From: Synechococcus sp.
Lineage (GTDB): Bacteria > Cyanobacteriota > Cyanobacteriia > Thermostichales > PCC-7336
Length of the DNA stretch: 18,303 bases
Assembly (NCBI GenBank): GCA_051439425.1
Contig: JBFRWD010000060.1
Span: 1-18,303, forward strand
Direction of reading: 5' to 3'
The notes below the pieces were generated by a model, which was not told the DNA's origin, searched no databases, and saw nothing but the letters and a program-made list of their open reading frames with translations. The position numbers and the translations under genes were made by a program. Of this stretch, positions 16,421 through 18,303 are shown piece after piece (position 1 is the stretch's first letter; each line of letters begins with the position of its first letter).

Positions 16421-16483
16421 GGTAGCTTGCACTTTTGAAGCCCAGCCTTATCCTCGAAATAGCGTTTGCTTCGAGATATTAGC

Positions 16484-18303
16484 GTGATCGATCCAAGTAC
16501 TGCGGCATTAGCCAAGAGTCTTCTGCCACTTATATTGCCCATGATGAAAGCCACTGGTGGCTTCGCTAAAAGTGGGTATTCAAGCTTCGAGCAATGGCTA
16601 CATATCTTGCTGGGTAAGTATCAAGATAACTATAAGGAACGGAATGGAATTCTCAAGATCCTGGGGATGTCTCGACCTACTCCGCTGGATGACATCTACG
16701 TCAAAGTGAGGCTTCTGGATCGCAGCTCGATTCAAAAATTTGAGTCGATTGACACGATTGAGGAAGCGTTTCGGACAGCCAAACAGCGATCATTCAGACT
16801 AACCGACTGCGAGACAAAGCTGGGTTACGAGATGGCAAATGGCGAACAGTACTTGATGGTGCTGGGTGGGCCTGGTGCTGGAAAATCTACATTCCTACGA
16901 AAGATGGGAATGGAAGCGCTGCAATTCAAGCAAGAGCAGGGCTTTCATCACGAGTGCATTCCAGTATTTGTGGAATTGAAGCGGTTTAAAGAGCTGCCCA
17001 TTGACATCGAGAGCTACATAGCTCAAGAGTTTGAAACTTGCAGATTTCCGGAACCGCAGAAATTTACGGAAAGCGCACTGAAGGCAGGGAAGTTGCTGGT
17101 GTTGCTAGACGGGTTGGATGAGGTACCGACGGCCAATCGCAGCGATGCAGTTACACAGATTCAGGATTTTGTAGATCGCTATTCGAAGAATCGCTTTATA
17201 GCTTCCTGTAGGATCGCTGCTTACAACCAGAATTTTCGGCGGTTTACGGATGTCGGCGTTGCCGAGTTTGATGGCGAGCAGATTCGGGACTTTATCGACC
17301 ACTGGTTTGGGAAAGGGAGTAATCGCGCCAACGATTGCTGGGAGGAGGTTTCTAGGGCTGAGTCAGTGGGTGTAAAAGAACTGGCTCAGACGCCGCTGTT
17401 GCTGACGCTGGTGTGCTTGCTGTTTGAAAAAGGTGGGGAGTTGCCGTTACGACGAGCGACGTTGTACGACCGAGCTTTGCGGGTGCTGCTAGAAGAATGG
17501 AACGCCTCCAAAGAACTTGAAAGAGATAAACCATATAGGGGGTTGGATACGCGAGCGAAAGAACTACTGTTAGCGACAATTGCATTTGACTTTTTTGAAG
17601 ATGATCGCTTGTTCTTTCCGCGTCGGGAATTGGCACGCAAAATCGAGACGGTTTTGAAAGATGAAATTTTGCCAGATGAGAAACGGGTAGATGGAAATAT
17701 TGTTTTAAAGGCAATCGAGATTCAGCACGGAATCTTGGCAGAACGGGGTACGGATATTTATTCGTTTTCGCATTTAACTTTGCAAGAATTTTTGGCTGCG
17801 GTGCAGATTGCAGATAATCCCGGCAAGTATCTCAAACGGGTGATCGAGAGCCATCTATTCGATGAACGGTGGAAAGAGGCTTTTCTACTGCTGGTAGGAG
17901 TCAAGCAAGCTGATGATGTTCTGCTGGCGATGGAAAGCAAAATAAAGTCATCTACCGTATCTTCAAAAATCAAAAAACTTGTCGCCTGGGCTGAAGAGAT
18001 TACAGAAGATTCCAAAGATAACTACCTTCCAGAAGCAAAACGGGGACTAGCTCTTTTTATTGCCGCTGACCTCTTCCGCTCCCTCGACCGCTCCCGCTCC
18101 CTCGACCTCTTCCTCGACCTCGACCTCGACCGCTCCCGCTCCCTCGACCTCGACCTCGACCTCTCCCTCGACCTCTCCCTCGACCTCTCCCGCTCCCTCG
18201 ACCTCGACCTCTCCCGCTCCCTCTCCCGCTGCCGCCCCCGCCCCCGCGCCCGGTGGGGGTTTCACATCTCCGCGCCCCCCAGACCCCACACGCCCGCGCG
18301 GGT
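16484..18303 (+). CDS. NACHT-domain (STAND/NLR-like) NTPase; 3' end lies outside the window
   Basis: Not in the ORF track because it has no stop. GTG 16484 begins MIDPSTAALAKSLLP. Manual translation shows LDDIYV, Walker A VLGGPGAGKST, IPVFVELK, Walker B LLVLLDGLDEV, sensor-1 FIASCR, LAQTPLLL, winged-helix YSFSHLTLQEFLAA and ERWKE. The frame is open for 606 codons. Confidence 0.92.
   Translation, partial: MIDPSTAALAKSLLPLILPMMKATGGFAKSGYSSFEQWLHILLGKYQDNYKERNGILKILGMSRPTPLDDIYVKVRLLDRSSIQKFESIDTIEEAFRTAKQRSFRLTDCETKLGYEMANGEQYLMVLGGPGAGKSTFLRKMGMEALQFKQEQGFHHECIPVFVELKRFKELPIDIESYIAQEFETCRFPEPQKFTESALKAGKLLVLLDGLDEVPTANRSDAVTQIQDFVDRYSKNRFIASCRIAAYNQNFRRFTDVGVAEFDGEQIRDFIDHWFGKGSNRANDCWEEVSRAESVGVKELAQTPLLLTLVCLLFEKGGELPLRRATLYDRALRVLLEEWNASKELERDKPYRGLDTRAKELLLATIAFDFFEDDRLFFPRRELARKIETVLKDEILPDEKRVDGNIVLKAIEIQHGILAERGTDIYSFSHLTLQEFLAAVQIADNPGKYLKRVIESHLFDERWKEAFLLLVGVKQADDVLLAMESKIKSSTVSSKIKKLVAWAEEITEDSKDNYLPEAKRGLALFIAADLFRSLDRSRSLDLFLDLDLDRSRSLDLDLDLSLDLSLDLSRSLDLDLSRSLSRCRPRPRARWGFHISAPPRPHTPAR
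18068..18229 (+). repeat. Hexamer-unit tandem repeat within the NACHT C-terminal region
   Basis: About 26 units of (CTC|CGC)(GAC|TCC|TTC), encoding DLFRSLDRSRSLDLFLDLDLDRSRSLDLDLDLSLDLSLDLSRSLDLDLSRSLSR. Confidence 0.9.

Noticed and set aside
18047..18289. 80-aa Glu/Val/Gly-rich minus-strand ORF
   Set aside because: Antisense reading of the hexamer tract; the plus-strand NACHT frame runs through it.
18230..18303. Very GC-rich tail that looks like a distinct C-terminal peptide or G-quadruplex
   Set aside because: The repeat pattern degrades into C runs at the window end, which looks like low-quality contig-end sequence; not interpreted.
1..18303. CRISPR array, tRNA or rRNA genes
   Set aside because: No repeat-spacer periodicity or stable-RNA signatures seen.

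Overview
Cyanobacterial chromosomal window, as shown by apcE, at least 13 HIP1 GCGATCGC octamers and a putative SphR Pho box. Two large genes are missing from the ORF track because they run off the window edges. One is a minus-strand RTX/cadherin-repeat protein (ATG 2668, open to base 1). The other is a plus-strand NACHT (NLR-like STAND) NTPase (GTG 16484, open to the end). Between them, left to right: a decayed IS4-family element with both terminal inverted repeats, a PPC-domain secreted protein, a stand-alone YbhN/MprF-flippase-like protein, hisH, an ABM-like protein, a short two-REP apcE with terminator, a PilZ-like protein, phoX plus a DUF2459/TIGR02117 gene bracketed by two copies of a ~104-bp MITE-like element, DoxX, a tandem-SLATT four-TM protein and a Phd/VapC toxin-antitoxin pair. 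The best candidate for an undescribed system is the right-hand cluster: an effector-less NACHT protein with a 6-bp-unit [L/R][D/S/F] repeat tract, transcribed divergently from the TA pair and a SLATT membrane effector. All family calls come from motif recognition by eye; no searches were run.
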